64,000 nt of DNA, taken from positions 1 to 64,000 of the forward strand of contig JAOSJX010000008.1 in the NCBI GenBank assembly GCA_027493875.1. Direction: 5' to 3'. The DNA comes from Deltaproteobacteria bacterium. Its GTDB lineage: Bacteria > Lernaellota > Lernaellaia > JACKCT01. Shown here in pieces: positions 62,700 to 64,000 of this stretch; the stretch's first letter is position 1, and every line of letters begins with the position of its first letter. The position numbers and the translations under genes were made by a program. The notes under the pieces are model-generated. The model was not told the origin of the DNA, did no database searches, and worked only from the letters and a program-made list of their open reading frames with translations.

Positions 62700-63714
62700 C
62701 CGTCCTCCATCCTTTTTGTCGGGAGATTCCGCGTCACGTTTTCCGGCCGGCCGCCGCGTCGGGCGCGTCGCGGCCGCGCAACGCGACGTGGTCGTCGTAT
62801 TTCATCATCCACTCGCGCTGGCGTTTTTTCGAGAAGAAAAGCTGGAGGTGCATCGGGATGACGCTGCGCGACGTTGCGCGCGAATTTCGCGATGCTGTAC
62901 TTTTCCGTGATGCCGAGCTTGATGGGAAAATGCAGAAGATCGTACACGCCTTGGCGGTCCATCCGGCGGTCGAAGCGCATGAAAATCTTTCCGATGTCCT
63001 CGGGCCGGTGCGCGTCCGACCCCGCCATCGCGCTTTTTTCGAAGACCTCGGAGAGCATGAAGGCTTTGAAGTTGCGGTGGTCGGCCATGTGCCCGTTGAG
63101 CACTTCGATCATGTCGATCCGCGAAAACAGCGCGGGGTCGAACAGCGCGGCTTTGCGCTTCTTGCCGAAGTTCACGTTCTTGTAACTCGGCGCGTAGGGG
63201 TGCGGCAGGCAAACGAGCCCGCCGTGCTCCTTCGCCGCGGGATGAGCTTCGTGAACGAGCGGCCGAGCTTCGTGTAATAGCGATGGCGCTTGTACGGCTC
63301 GACCTCGCGCCGGTAGAAGTCCTCGAGCTGCGCGATATCGAGAAAGTACACGAGAATTTCGAGCCGCTCTTCCGAGCCGACTTCGATGGCCGGAAGCATC
63401 AACGTTTTTCCGCGCTCCGCCAGCTTCACCGCGCCGCGGATTTCGTTGTGATCGGTCACGGCGACGCCGATGTCTTTTTCGCGGCACACCGCCTCGATGT
63501 TTTCGATTTTCGACCGCGGCGCGTCGGAATAATCGGAGTGCAGATGCATGTCGATGCCGATGCCGGTCGGCCCTTCGAGCGGGCGCCGGCGGTCGGCCTC
63601 GACCGGCGCGGCCGCGGCGCGGCCGTTCTCGGGCCGCGGCGCCGGCGGCGCTTTTTTACCTTGGACCGGGATTTCTTTTTTTGGCCATGGCGGGTCCACG
63701 ATCCCGCGCGTCAC
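62675..63714 (-). CDS. PHP-domain phosphoesterase (frameshift near 63230)
   Basis: N-term MHLHSDYSD and C-term GSDAH PHP motifs in two frames. Confidence 0.55.
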
Positions 63715-63716
63715 GT

Positions 63717-64000
63717 CTTCGGCGCGAGGCGCGTCTGTTTCACCAGCGTGGTGGACACATCGCCGAAGCTGACGACGTCTTTGACCTTCCCCGCGATCGG
63801 CAGGTATTTCGCGTCGGTCAGGATGCGTCCTTCGCCGGTTTTCAGGCCGAATATTTTCTGGTGGATCTGCACGATCCCGAGCTTGGCCGCTCCGGGGTGT
63901 TTTCCATCCAGCGTTTTTCCTTCTCCATCTCCTCTTTCGAACCCACGCGGATGGTGAATTTGTCGATGCCCTTGAACGGAATCGTGCGGATCGTCACCGT
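63717..64000 (-). CDS. Partial CDS at window edge, unknown function (frameshifted)
   Basis: Reverse translation gives ...KIFGLKTGEGRILTDAKYLPIAGKVKDVVSFGDVSTTLVKQTRLAPKT-stop ending about 63717. Confidence 0.2.

Overview
This is a high-GC bacterial window, most likely Chloroflexi, judged from REP-like CCTCACCCC...GGGGTGAGG nested palindromes and protein style. It is densely coding and contains no rRNA, tRNA or CRISPR that I could see.

From 5' to 3':
- (a) 0.6-13.1 kb: a minus-strand catabolic operon plus a divergent URO-D-like gene. The operon runs GntR/FadR regulator, M81/MlrC-like peptidase, sugar-type ABC importer, SDR, MBL hydrolase, class-III aminotransferase, a natural UlaE-like epimerase::UlaD/HPS-like fusion, and a URO-D-like protein. 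The divergent promoters share a perfect 9-bp inverted-repeat operator that overlaps a TATAAT.
- (b) 13.5-19.7 kb: two secreted or membrane proteins built from novel tandem repeat domains (a LysM + CGGxxWFFTFR repeat protein and a four-repeat beta-sandwich-like protein), plus an extracellular SBP.
- (c) 20-25.4 kb: BFN nuclease and an AlkD-like repair protein, then a replication module made of DnaB helicase, a DnaD-domain protein and a loader with two tandem DnaC/IstB-like AAA+ modules. The duplication is visible at the DNA level.
- (d) 25.4-35.3 kb: SPFH protein, pseudouridine kinase/glycosidase, an orphan HEAT/CheR-TPR/CheW module, a cytidylyltransferase::GHMP-kinase fusion, an AKR and a HisJ-type PHP phosphatase.
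- (e) 35.4-48.7 kb: an IS-like fragment, lpdA, a TM-anchored Mrr-type nuclease, a tandem-domain class III cyclase, an Aap-type amino-acid ABC system (J, Q, M, P) behind a strong promoter and long structured leader, an EEP nuclease/phosphatase, RluD and an M28 peptidase.
- (f) From about 49 kb composition and protein style change: lower GC, A/T-ending codons and lipoproteins with poly-Asp tethers, with the boundary marked by a truncated Fn3-like fragment. This last 15 kb holds a LemA-TPM operon, acidic-linker lipoproteins, a large polytopic membrane protein, a Phd/YefM antitoxin with a decayed RelE/ParE toxin, an MBOAT + SGNH-like pair, a bacterial ERG2/sigma-1-receptor-like lipoprotein next to an FGE-like lipoprotein, and a PHP protein.

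A second intergenic repeat family (CACGAA/TTCGTG arrays) occurs twice, each time just upstream of a minus-strand gene. About 30 genes are interrupted by single-nucleotide frameshifts, often at homopolymers, roughly one per 2 kb. That pattern points to assembly indel errors rather than pseudogenisation, so the gene models below are stitched across frames.
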